Positions 25,624-39,332 of a DNA stretch of 64,000 bases are shown piece after piece; positions within the stretch are counted from its first letter, which is position 1; each line of letters begins with the position of its first letter. The stretch is from positions 197,242 through 261,241 of the forward strand of contig NMRA01000475.1 in assembly GCA_002633005.1 (NCBI GenBank), given 5' to 3'. The position numbers were made by a program, and so were the translations under genes. Source of the stretch: Phoronis australis (Eukaryota; Animalia; Phoronida). The notes beneath the pieces were generated by a model, which saw only the letters and a list, made by a program, of their open reading frames with translations, ran no database searches and was not told the DNA's origin.

Positions 25624-27303
25624 CTGTAAGTAGAGCAACGGTCACTTTGATGTCAATGTTGTGACATGTATTGCAGTGGCGGATCTAGGATATCACAAGG
25701 CGGGGGGGCAACATTTTGTCCGGCTGTAAGCATTTGCGCCAAACACGATTGTTGATGCGTATAGCACCGAATGGAGGGAGGTCGGGAGGGGGGGTTTATG
25801 TATGTTTATGTATTTAGAGACCTAATTGTTTGCGGTCCACAGCGTTTGCGCGCGAAACCTACTTCATTTTGTAATGCTTATTACATGTTTTATATTTTGT
25901 GCAATCGGTTCTTAACAAATTTTTTGTATTTAAAATATTCTTCAAATGCCCAAAAGACCAAATCCGTTTTTCGTGTTGGCAATAATGACGGGATTACTTT
26001 GGAAATCGTCTTAAGTTAAGGTTTGAAAAAGAGAGAATTATGAGTTTCTGAGTGATTCACTAAGGCTTCAATTAAAATTCACATCTTACCAACAGCTTCT
26101 GTTTTTTCATCGTCACTCAGATTCCATTTTCTTTAAAAAATGAAGTAAATTTTCTTCATAGCACAGTAGTGCAGACGACGGAAACGGGGTCGTAGTGCGC
26201 AGCGCCANCTCCCCCCTAATTCACACACACACGCACACATTTAAAGAATTCACCCGTACAAAGTAATTTTGGTGACATAATTTTTGGCATCCCAATAGAG
26301 TGAATTTCTTAAAGATACTCCCCAAAAGGTCAAAATCAAACCCTAAATGCGTAACGTGCATAACGTATCCCTGTCTGAAAGTGACCGTTAGTTATAAAGC
26401 GTGGACCTAAGTTTCAGACGGCTGCCTCCTCCCCGGGATTTGTCTCCCAAACAGCAAAGTCTATGCGTGTGTGGGTGAGCAAAATTGATGATGACCGGGT
26501 GGTGAGGCGTAAATGATGCTGACAGGTAGCAATCTGAAATTTGGGACTATGAGGGACAAGGGCTCTGCGAAGTCGACTAAGTTTGTAACCCCCTCCTCTA
26601 ATGTTTACCTGAGTTCTCACAGCGTTATTCGCGAGCAACAAGTGATGTCTGTACCCTGGAAAGGGTTGAGTGCCAAAATATGTGCTCAACGCTCACTAGA
26701 TTCGTAGCAAGGTTTGGCTGTGGATCCGCGATTTTTACCGGTTGAGAAAACACATCTTTTATAAGGCTCATTTGAAACATGAAAACGCATTAGATATTAC
26801 AATGGGTATATGCATCACGCATCATGCATTTGTGGAAAAAGGCTTTAGACGTCCATTTTGGTTCCTGTTCATTTACTCCCCTTGACCACATAAGCTCAGT
26901 TGCATTCAACCGTCCCGTCAATGATTCACTCAACATGGGTTGCGTACCAAGTTTATTGTAAGAAAAGATCTCGCAAGAACACGTAAACACGCCCGTGAAA
27001 GGCCAGTGCTTCGCGACTAAGACCGAGACCTTACTAAAATAGATTAGCAAACTAGGAATCACTCATTGAAGTGCAATTTTAGTCATTTTACTTGAAATTT
27101 TGTCAGTATCAAATTGTAGTGCGCAAGTGGAAATAATTTTCTGAGAAGGGATTGTGTTTGTGAAAACGCCTGTGCTGATCGGAAGAGAGAAAAATACCCG
27201 CCTTGAACTCGTGTGTGTCACCTCCCACCATTAAGGTGTAACGAATACTTCTGACACAACAAAGCTAACTGTGAGCTTTGATTTATTTTAGAGGTCTACT
27301 CAC

Positions 27304-27416
27304 CTTGCAACGGTTTGCTGTTCTAGCCAAAATATGATGATAAATACAAGAAATGTGAAACGAACACATTCTAGAGGTATCCGATGTACACAGCAATTTG
27401 TTTTTTTTTTCATCAT
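27304..27416 (-). CDS. Duplicated signal-peptide first exon (paralog of 49617-49732)
   Basis: MMKKKTNCCVHRIPLECVRFTFLVFIIIFWLEQQTVA then AG|GTGAGT, phase 2. Flanks ~27160-27590 are homologous to ~49410-49870. Confidence 0.6.
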
Positions 27417-28600
27417 TATCTTAGAAATCATTTGTCACGAAAATACAACACGTCGATTGTTGCTATTAGTTCACTGACTGAGAGAAGTATCCTCTCGTGT
27501 GACATTTATATAAAAATGACATTAATAATAAAGATATTTCACTCTCAGATCTATTTTTCACTGAGAATTCGCTTCCACTCAGTATGTCAAATCATGTGCC
27601 ATGTAAACAGCATAATTATTTCCAATATTCGTGCGAAAAACTTGGATAGATGAGTGTGTCATACCAGAACGTCCGAGGATTTCGTGGAAAGGTGGTGGGG
27701 CTGGCGGATACGGGCGACTTTGCCTCTAAACATACTTCGAATGCAAGACCGCCCATTGGGTTGGTACCTTGATTGTACAACGCCTAGTCTCTTTTCATTC
27801 GTTTTTGTCATGTTTTCGAGATCAGTGCATCCAAAAATCATGTTCGGGACTGGTTATGTTTTTACATGAAAATCACACATGAACGGAGCTCAAGTAGCAC
27901 CTCAAAGTCTCTAAAGCTCTTCACTGACGTTCGGCATTATTCTTTGTGGTTTGGAAGAACGATTCCTTGCTCACACAGGCAATGTCTGATAGAGTATACC
28001 TCGCAAAACAAGTCAAAGAGCATTAGCACCATATACGCGTTTAAATATAAGCACCGAGGTTAAAAGATAATAAACCCCTATGTTCATTATTGCTGGATAT
28101 TAATGCTGAAATAACTCTTAAATCTTCTAAACAAAAATAATAATGTTCAGGTATTTGCCCTGACACCGTGCAGACCTTGGCTGGTGGTGCGGAAGCTTCA
28201 GCGATAGCCATGATTCAGCCCAGTCGGCTACCAAGAGTGAAATGGCCGAACATGGACTAGTAAAAAGCGTGGAAATACTTGCATCCCGCCGTGATGTCAT
28301 TACGAAAACAATTCTGCATGGTGGAATAGAAAATGTTATTTACAGTTTATAGTTACAGAATAGACGGGAATACAGGAATAAAACATCAGAAATGAACTCA
28401 GGTGTTTGACGCAAGCCTACTGCAGAGCAGAAAAAAGCCAAAAGTTCCCATTAGAACAGCTGAACGAAGCCAGTTGAGGAAGGTGAAACAAGTAGAGAAT
28501 TCTCTGAAAGCTAAGTGTTAGACAATGATCACAATTTATTGGAGATCCATCAAGTTCATCCCGAATCTGGTAGGACCGGAAAAGTCCAGAAATCTAATGT

Positions 28601-29300
28601 TGTCACGTTTTTCCCCGTGTGTGGGTGGGCGCAGGTTGTTACAGACCGGTGCTAATAGCTTTCGGTGCGAAGATTGACTGAAGACTGGTTCGAGTTAATC
28701 CTTTATTAATCCCGATCGTACGTTCACAAGCCTACTCAAACAAAACGTCCGACGTAATGTCTGTTTATGCTCCAGCCAGTGCTGCGAAGCCTTGACTTGT
28801 GATGAACGTCTGAGACACGTTCAGCAAATGTTACACTCGTCTATTCAATAACCTGCTGTCTCTATAGCTGGCTCTCTATTGACTATCGCTGTAACTACTG
28901 ATTCTCTTCACTGCAACTCAACTGTAGTTCACCTGATTAACTTTCTTGAACTTACTTGATCTTCTCGTGAATTGACTTGATCTTCTTGGACTCAACTAAC
29001 TAACACAAACCCGTGCTTGTATATTTATAGCCTAATGCACTGTTCTAGAACTTTTCATCAATTCAAGCACATACCAGAACTTTCTGGAACCTACCCAATC
29101 ATTCTATAAACATGTACTAGTCTCTAGAATATTCCAGACTGCATTAATCACTGTCATGCTAGAGTCTTCTAGAAAGTTCCACACTATACTGCAATAAACA
29201 AATTACATCCTCACTGTACTTAACTCAGGGGTCATGCCAATCAAACAGAATAACAAAACAAAACAATACAACTAAAATACTGTCAGACTATATTCTGACA
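28601..29300 (-). mobile_element. Solo LTR (700 bp) of an LTR retrotransposon
   Basis: TGTCA...TGACA termini; perfect 5-bp TSD AATGT (28596-28600, 29301-29305). Minus-strand TATAAAT at ~29022-29028, then AATAAA at ~28702-28707. Confidence 0.85.
29043..29179. promoter_or_regulatory. Cluster of heat-shock-element-like motifs in the LTR U3 region
   Basis: GAActTTCtgGAA (29077-89), TTCtaGAAagTTC (29167-79), TTCtaGAA (29043-50), GAAtaTTC (29127-34). Confidence 0.6.
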
Positions 29301-32300
29301 AATGTCACCTAAGGAAGGCCTCTAGAGGTACTCGAGAGAAGCGCACAGGGGTGCATCGAGGCCAGTGCCATTAGGTGGGTGCAGGCAAATTTGACCCGTA
29401 GACCAGTTAGATGCGGGAATGCCTTCTTGGAAGAAGGTGCGAAATGTGTTCAAGAAGGAAAGGTCATGATCAGCCCCTGGGCAATATATGACACTCTATA
29501 TAAAATTTATCAGAAGTTTCCGAAGCTCCTGAGACAACTGTGGCAGTTCCCGAGGAAGATATGGTCCAAAGGTGTGACACCAAGGGAATGGAAGATTGTA
29601 GAAAGGTTGCTTCGTGCCGTAAGAGATGAACTCTGATTCCATTGAACAATGCCGCTCCATTGGGCCCCTAAGCATCGAGGGGAAGTTTTCTCCACAGACT
29701 GATCATGATTACCAACAAATGTTGAAACATCTATTCAGAAGGGAGACATCCAGGTTTTGCAGGATGCTCACGTTTTGAGCCAACTCATCCCTGAGACTAA
29801 GAAGAAAGAGGCGAGTTTCAGTACCTGTGTCTGGTTAGACCTAGCGAGCGCATACGGTTTCATCCCACACCTACTGAAAGACGTCGCTTTGTCGCACCAT
29901 AGATTATAGACAACAGATTCGCAACTCCGACATTTTCTTGCGTAGTATCCTAGAGGAGGCGCCACTCTCCTAAATTACCAATTTCAGTTTCCAGCTAGTG
30001 CATTGTGACGAGAAATTCTCGCATCTATTTAAGTAGTAACAGCAACTTGACTGAGAACCTCTTTGTGCTCAAATTTCCTAAATACGTGAAAGTTGCACAG
30101 AAATGACATTGGTTTGTGCGCTGCAAGAGAGTGTTGAATGTCAATGTGGAACATGCGTATGATTCAGTCGGGAGCCAATCTTTGTTCGGCACATTTTAAG
30201 GAATCGTGTTTCGACCAAGCACAAAAGCGGCGTCACGATGAAGGACTCGTCAAATTGTAAGTGTATTTGCAAATTTTATAAATAACGAAAAAAATGCCTA
30301 CATTCTAGGGCGAATGATGCCTGGCTCTCGACCCCAGCACGGATCGAGTGCAACGGACACGTCTAGACTTATGCATTGTGTTTAGACCGTGCTCATTCCA
30401 TCATGGCAATAGGATGACCCAGGTTTACTGTAATTTTGTCATCAGTGATTATTAAGTGTACATGTATTTTATGAAAATTGACCTCCCCTTGGTTTAGTTG
30501 CTGTGACTTACATATGTCTGCAGCATTTCTTGTGCAAGTGAGTCGAGTTCATACGGCCTCAAAGCCGACGAAAGTTCAGTAATTCATTATCTGATTCTTC
30601 AAGTACATGAATGTGATGACCGTAACCACTCTCTTCTCTTTTTCATTCTAATTGTCCAGTTCTCGCTCAAGATCGTCCTAGTCGTCTGATCTGCTATGTT
30701 CCGCCACTGCAATTGATTGTCAAATGACCAAATGTCTTCCACCCATTACGTCATTTGGCGGGAGCCTTGAAAATAACAATTTCAAAATTAAAAAAAAAAT
30801 TCGCGACTGTTTAGAATCAAAATTCGCGACTGTTTAGAATCAAAAGTGCTTATTTAGTTAGATTTTATGGTATTTATTTTATATTGACTAACTGAAACCT
30901 CAAAAACTAAGAAAACGTATGAACTTTTTAGTCACCTCCTGTTTATGGGTATAAGACGATGGTCCATTGCTGCTTACATTGTATTAATGCTTGGGTAAGC
31001 AGCATGTAGGGCAGGGCAGATAGAATTAAAGACCATTGACTTTTATTATATTTATTTTGTGGAGGAGTTGTCAATTACAGGACATACACTGGAATATACA
31101 TGTATCAGAATTGTGTACCAGTAAATGTCGGATCCAACTGAATTGAGGGATTGAATTCGAGTTCGTTGAAATCTGACTTTTGCTGAAATGAATTGAATGT
31201 ACCAGCACAGTAAATTTGTCCTAGCTAGACATATCCCGTTTATGTCACAGTTCTTTTTTTTTCTACTGTATGATGGTGGTATTTTGAAATAAATCGAAAC
31301 TTTATTGCTTGAAATGGTATCTCAATGTGTTGTTTCCGTAAGTGTGAAGACTTTACAAGCTCGGCCTAAAAACTTTGGGAATGCAGTGATTCAATGGCGC
31401 GAGAGCGGGCCCGATTGACAGCTGGTAAACAACTGAAAGATTATGTTCTATACAATTATAAAGACCGAAAAAGGTTAATGACTGTATATTCCCACGTAGG
31501 TGATATAAAGGAAATATTTTCCAAATTTTCTACGTTTCGGTGATTGTCTTTTCCACTGAGCAGGCAAAGCCTCCTAGGCCCTAGCAGCACTCAATGAGAA
31601 TTTCAGCCATAAGCATTAGGAATTTTGTTTGTGCAATGGCTTATATGACCGTCTAAGCAATGCGTGGGTCACAGGTTTACATTGTTTTAGCAATTTCTTA
31701 AACCTCTCTAGTATTTCAAATTTTATTCTGAAAATTTCTCGGCTTCCTTAAGGTCAGCGTGCTTTTGTTGATATTTCTTCCCCTACCAATATCGCGGACC
31801 GCGTGGCACGCACTGTCTGGCTTGCGAGTAGTGACTTGTCCTCTCCATATAGATCTAATTCACGCGGCAGACATTAAAATCCAAAGCGAGGCTTACTGCG
31901 ATAAACAAAGCGGAAGCTGACATTGCTCGAGTTAAATGGCTGGTCTTTCGAGTCAAACCTGTGTATTAAATCTTAAAAAAGTGCCAATAATTAACCACAG
32001 AGACGTAGAAAAATACATTAGAGAACAAGTCAATGCGCAAAAGAGTTGTCTAACGGAAGGGTATAAGTTTTATTCTTAAAACTACGTTCGAAACGTGAAA
32101 AGTAAATATGACCAAATTGCGGCGATCGTGTTACGGATTAGGAATACGGTGAATACGGGGTTACTTTTCTTCTCGTAAATTGTTGATAAAAATGCTTTGT
32201 ACACAAACCCGGTCATCTGCTCGCATTTCTGAGGAGTTGAAGATATGATTGACAGTGGTGGCTCATCGCATTTTGCTGTCATGTGCAAACCACACGTGGT

Positions 32301-33315
32301 TTAATTTGTTGATAAACTCAACGTCAAGCAAAGCTTAGGCCCTGGTAGTTGGTCTGTCATTGATCTGCAAGAATGATTGATGTTGTTAAAATTATTTTTT
32401 ATAAAATAAAAAACCAATCAATTCTGCTTTCTTGGTTTTAATTTATAATTCTTACATCTATTTCACGTGTCAGGTTTCAAATATCAATCTGGACAAGGTG
32501 AAATTTAAAATCAAAACACCTAGTTCGTTCGTCTAAAGCACAACCTGAAAAAATAACCCATCTCGGTTTAGAGCTTAATTAAATTTAACTGGGCAGAGCA
32601 AGGATAGCTGTCATATTCCTTCAGGGGCCTCGTTTTTAATGTTTATTATGAAATATTCAGTACAATAAATATACATACCCACAAAGCGCCAAGAGGCATT
32701 GTACTTGGGTTAAATAAACACAAAGAAATCTATATACAATTAGTATACACAAACACATAGATTAAAAAACTCGCTTATCCAAGGGTGAAGGTGCCTCTGT
32801 CTTCTGAAAGGGGAATCTTTTCTCCGAGTGAGCCATTTAACGGAGTTATCGTAGTGAGCCTCGTTTTGAAGCGCGCTTCCTGTCTGCGTGAATTAAGTTT
32901 ATTCAGCCTTCATGTTAAGCTGTAGCGTGTCAGTTCGTTAAACAAATTCGCAAAGTAGTCTCTGTGAACTTGGTTATAATAACCAACACAGTTACAGTGA
33001 AAAGTTTCTCCATCGAAATCCTGGTCTTTCTATCCGACAAATCACGGTGATTTCATGAACGTGAATGAAGTCTGGACAGCTGTCTGGCATATGGGGTTTC
33101 ACCATGAGTAGGCACTGGTCAGTGATATAGTAAACAAAACACAAGGATGTCCGGAATGGTTATATAACATAAATTGCTTGCTGGGACAGTGGTACGTCTT
33201 GAGAAATGATTAAACTTGCACTTAATTAACTTCATGAGAATTCATGACTTCTGTAAAATTGTGTCAAATGGCTTGTGGCCTCTGAAAAAAATAAATTAAT
33301 TAATTAATCAATGAA

Positions 33316-33353
<38 letters not shown>

Positions 33354-33364
33354 GTGCGTGTGCG
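33316..33364. repeat. (TG)n microsatellite next to a single-N gap
   Basis: Direct dinucleotide repeat. Confidence 0.9.
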
Positions 33365-33463
33365 NTTTTTTACCCAATAAAAATCATATTACGTCGCTGA
33401 TTGACTTTCCCATAAGACTTACCCACACGCGAATCTGCTCTGGCTCAAGTCTGGTGGTTTTAA

Positions 33464-35068
33464 AGGAGAATGCCACCCGATTTAATTAGTCTTTTTTGCC
33501 GTCTTAATCGGTCTATATCCACATCGCCTCGCATACGGTCGACCTTACCTTGCCAAGAGGTGTCGCGTTAACCTGTGAGGAAGGTGGGAAACGACGCTAG
33601 CGACGTCAGCGGTTCATATGCAGAGTGAATGCCGCTATGTTGAGGTGTATCTTTCCCGCTTGTCCAAACTAAGCAGCTGCGAGGAAAGCGGGTATATCAT
33701 TTTTTTACTTCCTCGAGAGTCCAAAATGCTTAGGAAGTAGCACATGGTAGTGCAGAATGAAATGTACGCTGTAAATAGCAAGTATGAGGCCGTGAAACAT
33801 CTCCGAGTCTGTGGCCTGCAGACGTCGACAATGCCTGACGAATTTCTTCATCACTGTATTCCTGTTCGAATTTATAGCCTGTAAATCTTAACGATCCACC
33901 TGCGAAGTCGGGACTGATGAGCTCTGGCGGGATTGCGAGATGCCATGTTGGCTTATATTACTGAGCATTCTGTTTCAAAATGAATTATTCTAACCCTAAC
34001 CAATACTTATACAAAACTGGAACAAAGTGTGTCTCATTAGATGCAATTTGTAATGCCTTTGGAGTGTTCGTGAGTGCAAGTGATTTGAGAAGCCAGCAAT
34101 GAATAAATCACTGCGTTACCGGCTTTAGGTGCAATAAAACTACATGTAATTGACGGGACACCGAGGCCGTGTGAGCTCATGCTAATTTAGTGTTTGCTGG
34201 CAGAAACTATTGTGAAACAACTCGATTTCCATCCCACGGCCAGGAGTTCGGGAAATCTTTATTTACATTTCCATTACTCAAATAATGATTGTCAATGTAC
34301 AACTTCTGCCCTGGGTGCCTGTGGCCAAAGCGGAACCTGAATTCGCGGCCCCCGACGAGTAAGTAGATTTGCAGTTTCGTGGCTAATTCACCAACATAAT
34401 CACGTGCACATTGCTTTGCTCACTAGAATAGTATTTTCTTGAGTGGAAGTTTAGTTTCCACTGAACTTTGGCTGGTTTATGTTCGTGATGTCTGATTAGT
34501 TTCCGAGCCACTGGCCGGGATAACGAGTCAATCCGGGCCCGGCCGCGACGGGCCTGATCGGGCTCCGAGCCACTGGCCAGGATAACAAGCGTTTTGTGTT
34601 TAGAACTCAAAAAATCACAAGTCTAAACAACACAGATCTAGGTTCTCCTGTCTGTATCTCACGGAAAATACTTCGAAATTATCTCTGAACAGACCCCAAA
34701 CTCCTGCTACGGACCTTATTGGCCTGCCGAACTTTGTAGGCTACGTGTGTCCAAATACCAATAAACCCGTAAGAGCGAAATAAAACAACACATTTTTATA
34801 AGATCTCGGTGTATTTTTAAGGGTTTTACATCGAAGTCTGATGATTTATTGGTGTTAAACGATGACTTCAAGCGATAAGCTGACACCAGTAACCCGTGTT
34901 GTGAACTGCTGAACAGACTGCGTGTGAAACGGATGACGTCATTGGATAATTTCAACACCTCCGTCTGCCGTCAGGTGTCAGGTAACGCAACCGTACGTGT
35001 CGTTATGGAGTAGAACTACTCGATCTAAATTGATACAAATTAGGTTGTTTTTTGGGTGGCATGCTCCT
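33464..35068. mobile_element. Internally deleted Kolobok DNA transposon, copy 2 (inverted relative to copy 1)
   Basis: Same TIR (AGGAGAATGCCA ... TGGCATGCTCCT), TTAA flanks, long reverse-complement homology to copy 1. THAP start MLRCIFPACPN..GISFF.FPRE..LRVCGL at 33637 (+); KolX start MASRNP..GYKFEQEYSDEEI at 33946 (-). Confidence 0.85.
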
Positions 35069-35654
35069 TTAACAGGCGTAAGGACATGACCTGGCGTGCG
35101 TTCAGTAGACGCTAGGACCTACGCTAGGACCTAGCTAAAACCTAGTCAAAGTCACGTGTTTTCATTTAAAATACACGGCAATATCTCACGTAATCTCGCG
35201 AAGTCTTGCTTTTTAGCGAGGTCCTAGCGTTACTGAACGGGAGGCTGATATAGCGAATTGTGAGCGTGCTATCGTTGCCACGAGCGGTTACCAACGTCTT
35301 ACGTTTTACAAAACTTAGGGAGATAGTACATTAACGTGAATCGACGTACATGTATTTTCACATTGCTTTCTGTTGTATATTCGTTTAAAATATACTTCAT
35401 GTAACGTTGAGATAATTTTTAATTAACAGTTTGTTATTTGTAAACTGTATTTATTGAAAAAATTACTTATTCGTCGGTTCCTCGCACTCTCCCAAAAAGC
35501 TTGAATCTGCCATTCAATGAAAAGCAGACGAAACGATTACACTTTGCCGTAAACGGCATTTTTAACGTTGGGCAGATCTTTGCTTTGATTTGTTTGCATT
35601 GTTTCTTCTGTGTTTGGCTTTCAAATTTGCCGAATGGAGTGGAGCTTGTGTTGA

Positions 35655-35760
35655 CTGGGTCGAGGGGGTTGTGGGCTGTGGGTCGAGGAGGTCGTGGGTC
35701 GAGGTTCGAGGGGGTTGTGGGTCGAGGGAGGAGTCATGGGTCGAAGGGGTCGAGGAGGTT
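35655..35760. repeat. Degenerate GGGTCGAG minisatellite
   Basis: Repeated GTGGGTCGAGG-like units. Confidence 0.7.
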
Positions 35761-36288
35761 TTAGAACAATCCACTCTTCCGCTAGCGATTGCATCTGGTA
35801 TAATGTGAAAATTCAAACCTCAGGCTTATTACACTATAACTCCCTGTTGCACACCTGAGAAATGATTTGTGTGTCACCAGTGTTCCACTGGCATTTTTAT
35901 CCGTCCAAGAACTTACTCAAGAATCTTACGACTGCCAGATATCGCGTGTTAGTTATATTTTAAGAAAATGACGGCAAGTAAGGCGTGGAACCCGACCCCC
36001 CGAAATATAGATACTTTTTATCTTGTTTGTTTGTAATTTCTATTGGAAATTTGCTTTTCATCTGTATGTCAAGTTCAAAATAGAGTCAAATGAGAGTCAA
36101 ATAGTCAAATGTTCCGAGTCAAAAGTACATCAGAGAACGACTGAGGATTGTGAATGACGTCGCGTAGGACTTTTGAAGTCTAATAGCCGTGGTTTTAAAC
36201 GTCTGTTGACGGAATCCATTGCTGTTGCGAGTTGGAGTTCGTACATGCGAATATTTGAATGAAATACACCAGTGCGAGCATAAAACTC

Positions 36289-37899
36289 TAGACCTAGAAT
36301 GCCAACTCTCGCACGTTACCCATGTTTCTAATATTAGAGCAAAAAGTGCGTGCGTGTATTATTTCTATTTTCAGTTGTTTCTATAATAATTCATTTGTGT
36401 AATGTTTACCCAGGTGCTGTTTTTAATTCGATTTCTGAGAAGTAATGAGGCCTACTGTTTTCTGTATTTTGTAGTACCTACCTATACCCATGAAATAAAA
36501 TTTTAAAAAATGAAAAGTTTAATTAGTAAAAGAACCCAATCCTGTACTTCGTTGCTGACAGTTCATTGCCAATTGCCCATTATTGGCGGACTGTCCCACT
36601 TTTTTAGTTTTATCGCGCCATCTCACCACACCATCTAAATGTCCCGCGTTTTGACACACGGCCAAATTGACATATTATCACATTCGATTCTAATTTCCGA
36701 CGCGGCATAGCTATATTTTCCCGCTCGACTAATAAGAAAAAGAACGGGACGTTCCATGGGTTTTTGCGGCACCCGAAATTCCCCATTCAACTATAACAAC
36801 AACAAAAACGCTCTCACGGCAATTTTGGGTGTTACATCTCCCGTTAAACAAAAAACGCTGACGGTACGTCGTTGTGTGTTGCAGCGAATATTTCACCCTT
36901 ACGTTTTGGCTTAGACCCAGATGTCCCGCTTTTTATCCTGAAGTCCCGCTTTTTAATCCGGTTGTTTCGTTGTTTCGTTCTTGAGCTTTGACCGTTACCA
37001 CTACATGTATGCAACAGGTGTTCAAAATAACGTCGTCCCTTTGTCATGAATATTGTTATTTTCCAGAGTCCACTTTCTTTGGCAACATATCAATTGTAAA
37101 AATGTGTTCCAATGTCTCTTGATTACGGTAACATACACTATATGTATTTGTATCACTAACCTTTACTTTCTGAACAAAGGAGTTTATTACCAAACTTTTA
37201 TGGAAAGTCCTACACTGCAACCAGTGTGATGAGGTATCCTCAGTACATTTCAAAGCTACGCAATAGATGTTTGCCCATTTTCTATCTATCAAAAAACCTT
37301 TATCTGCAGAATTTGAATAGATACTTGGAGTGATTTAGCGCACTTTTCGTATATGCCACAGCATTCTGAATTTTTTACCTAAGAATGTAATTGTGAAACG
37401 ACATCAAAGGTCGCGTTTTACAATGTATAAAGATGTAAAATTTTTGATGAATGCCTGACTAAATTATCCAAAGCAATTGTGAGGGATCCATATTTGAAAA
37501 CTTTTGTCTCTATAAGGTAGACATACTTTGAATCATTGAAATTATTTCCCTAATGGCTTAACAAGTCATTTATATAAACTCTCTGATTCATTTCTTTTTT
37601 ATCTTACTATTACACGCTGTTATTTTCGCGTTTTGCTAACGCTCTTGGTTTTTAGAGTTAAAAAATACTTCAAACCAGTCAGGTATGCGATATGATAATT
37701 ACTTATTGATTAAATTATTGATCGTTTGCTTCTGCTATAATCGTGCAATTCGGTTGAAGAAACGGTTCAGTTGCTTAAAGTTTTAATGTGAGTAAATTCC
37801 AGTAAGTACACACACCTGAACAAATGAATGCAAACAATTCTCACGCATGCGCGGCGCAACCTCAGCGGCCGCGAGATCGGAGTTGGCATTCCAGGGCTA
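36289..37899. mobile_element. TIR element (TAG.CCT.GAATGCCAACTC) carrying a Tx1/L1-like LINE 3' fragment (~37050-37600, minus)
   Basis: Inverted termini at both ends. WANIY..LKCTEDT..WLQ.R..HK...CYRNQETLEHIF is the zf-RVT-type C-terminus. Confidence 0.6.
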
Positions 37900-39332
37900 G
37901 AGTTCTGTGGTTTGAGGGATTGCTTCGAGTCTACGAAAATACCAGAGGAGTTCCGGGTGAGATCGTATTTATATATGTCAATGTTCTCTGGATAGCCCTA
38001 GCAACCACACGAGAGAAATGAATTACTTTACACACAAGCTTTAATTCATAGTGTGCACCGCATGAGAAAGACAATGCACGTGTTGACTAACATAGTAAAA
38101 GCATTTTCACGTGTCGTTCGATAAAGTCGCATGAAAATGAGCCCCATTCAACAGATCAAGTTAAATTTAATGAAACACTCGCCGTGGTCTCGCAAACAGG
38201 ATCGTGTTTGCATGCTCACGTAATTTGCAGCGAGGTAGTCGATTAAAATTGGCACCACCTGGTCAGTAATGCTAATGCAGAATTGTCGATAAATGTTATA
38301 TTTCATTTCTTTCAATTGCCACAGTCACCGAATTAAGGTTTTGAAAATCAACCCAGATTGTGTTCCGGTAGTTTCCTACCTGTAGCCCTGCCTCTATAAA
38401 TACGAAACAAACAGGGCAGAGTTCACTAACGCTAGGACCTCGCTAAAATCTATCCAAAATCACGTGATCTCATTTAAAATACTTGACGATATCTCACGTA
38501 ATCTCGCGAAGTCTTGCTTTTTAGCGAGATCTTAGAGTTTATTTTAACCGAGCACCCGGACATTCGCTGAACAACTATATTTTAATCAAAGCAGATAAGA
38601 CACTGGGTCATTTAGCCAGACGGACTCTCTCCTGTTACTGATCGCGAGTGCTGCATTCAAGAGCCATAACATTCCGCCACTTTCGACAATGGCGAAATAA
38701 GCTTCGCAACAGTCAGTGTGCGACCTGAATAACGAGATTTTATAACATTCCAACCAGAATCTGATGAAATTTCATGCATAGGCTCTTATTTGGAATGTGA
38801 AACTATTTGTCCTTATTTGGACTATGGTAATCAATAATGATAACATGTTAATTGCTCAACAAATGTCAAGGGGTTAAAAGTGACATAGGAGGTAAAATAA
38901 TTTTCAACGATTTAACCAAAAATCAAAGTTTGCTGAGTATTAATTTCACCAGAAATCACAATTAAGGTTCCGAGACCGTATAATTGCTTTCATTTTCAGA
39001 ACGTTGAGATCGGTGATTCATTTTTTATTTATTCCTTGGAAATAGTCTCGCTTATCCATCCGAGGGAGACGAAACAAACACTACTCAGAAAGATTCTAGT
39101 CAAACTCCCCCAAGACGACCACTCTCTATGGTCGGTTAAAAATAATTTTTTTGGTGAAAGCTAACTTTCATTTCATCACATGGTTTGAAATTTTTACGTT
39201 CAAGTTTGATTATCGTCTCTGGCAACTTATAAAACCAGATTTAGTGATTTACTCTTTCTGGAATGTCGGAGTGTTTTGAATGATCCTTTACTGATATACT
39301 AAAAACTGAAAATATATAATAACTTTGCTTAC

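Larger units (their letters stand above)
28190..29950 (+). mobile_element. Degraded HERO/NeSL-like non-LTR retrotransposon, interrupted by a solo LTR
   Basis: Remnant peptides RVKWP, FIGDP..LVGPEKS, YKIYQKFPKLLRQLW..IWSKG, IEGK, TSIQKG.PGF.GC, VWLDLASAYGFIPH. Confidence 0.7.

Noticed and set aside
35501-35816. Overlapping Gly/Arg/Pro-rich ORFs
   Set aside because: Produced by the GGGTCGAG minisatellite.
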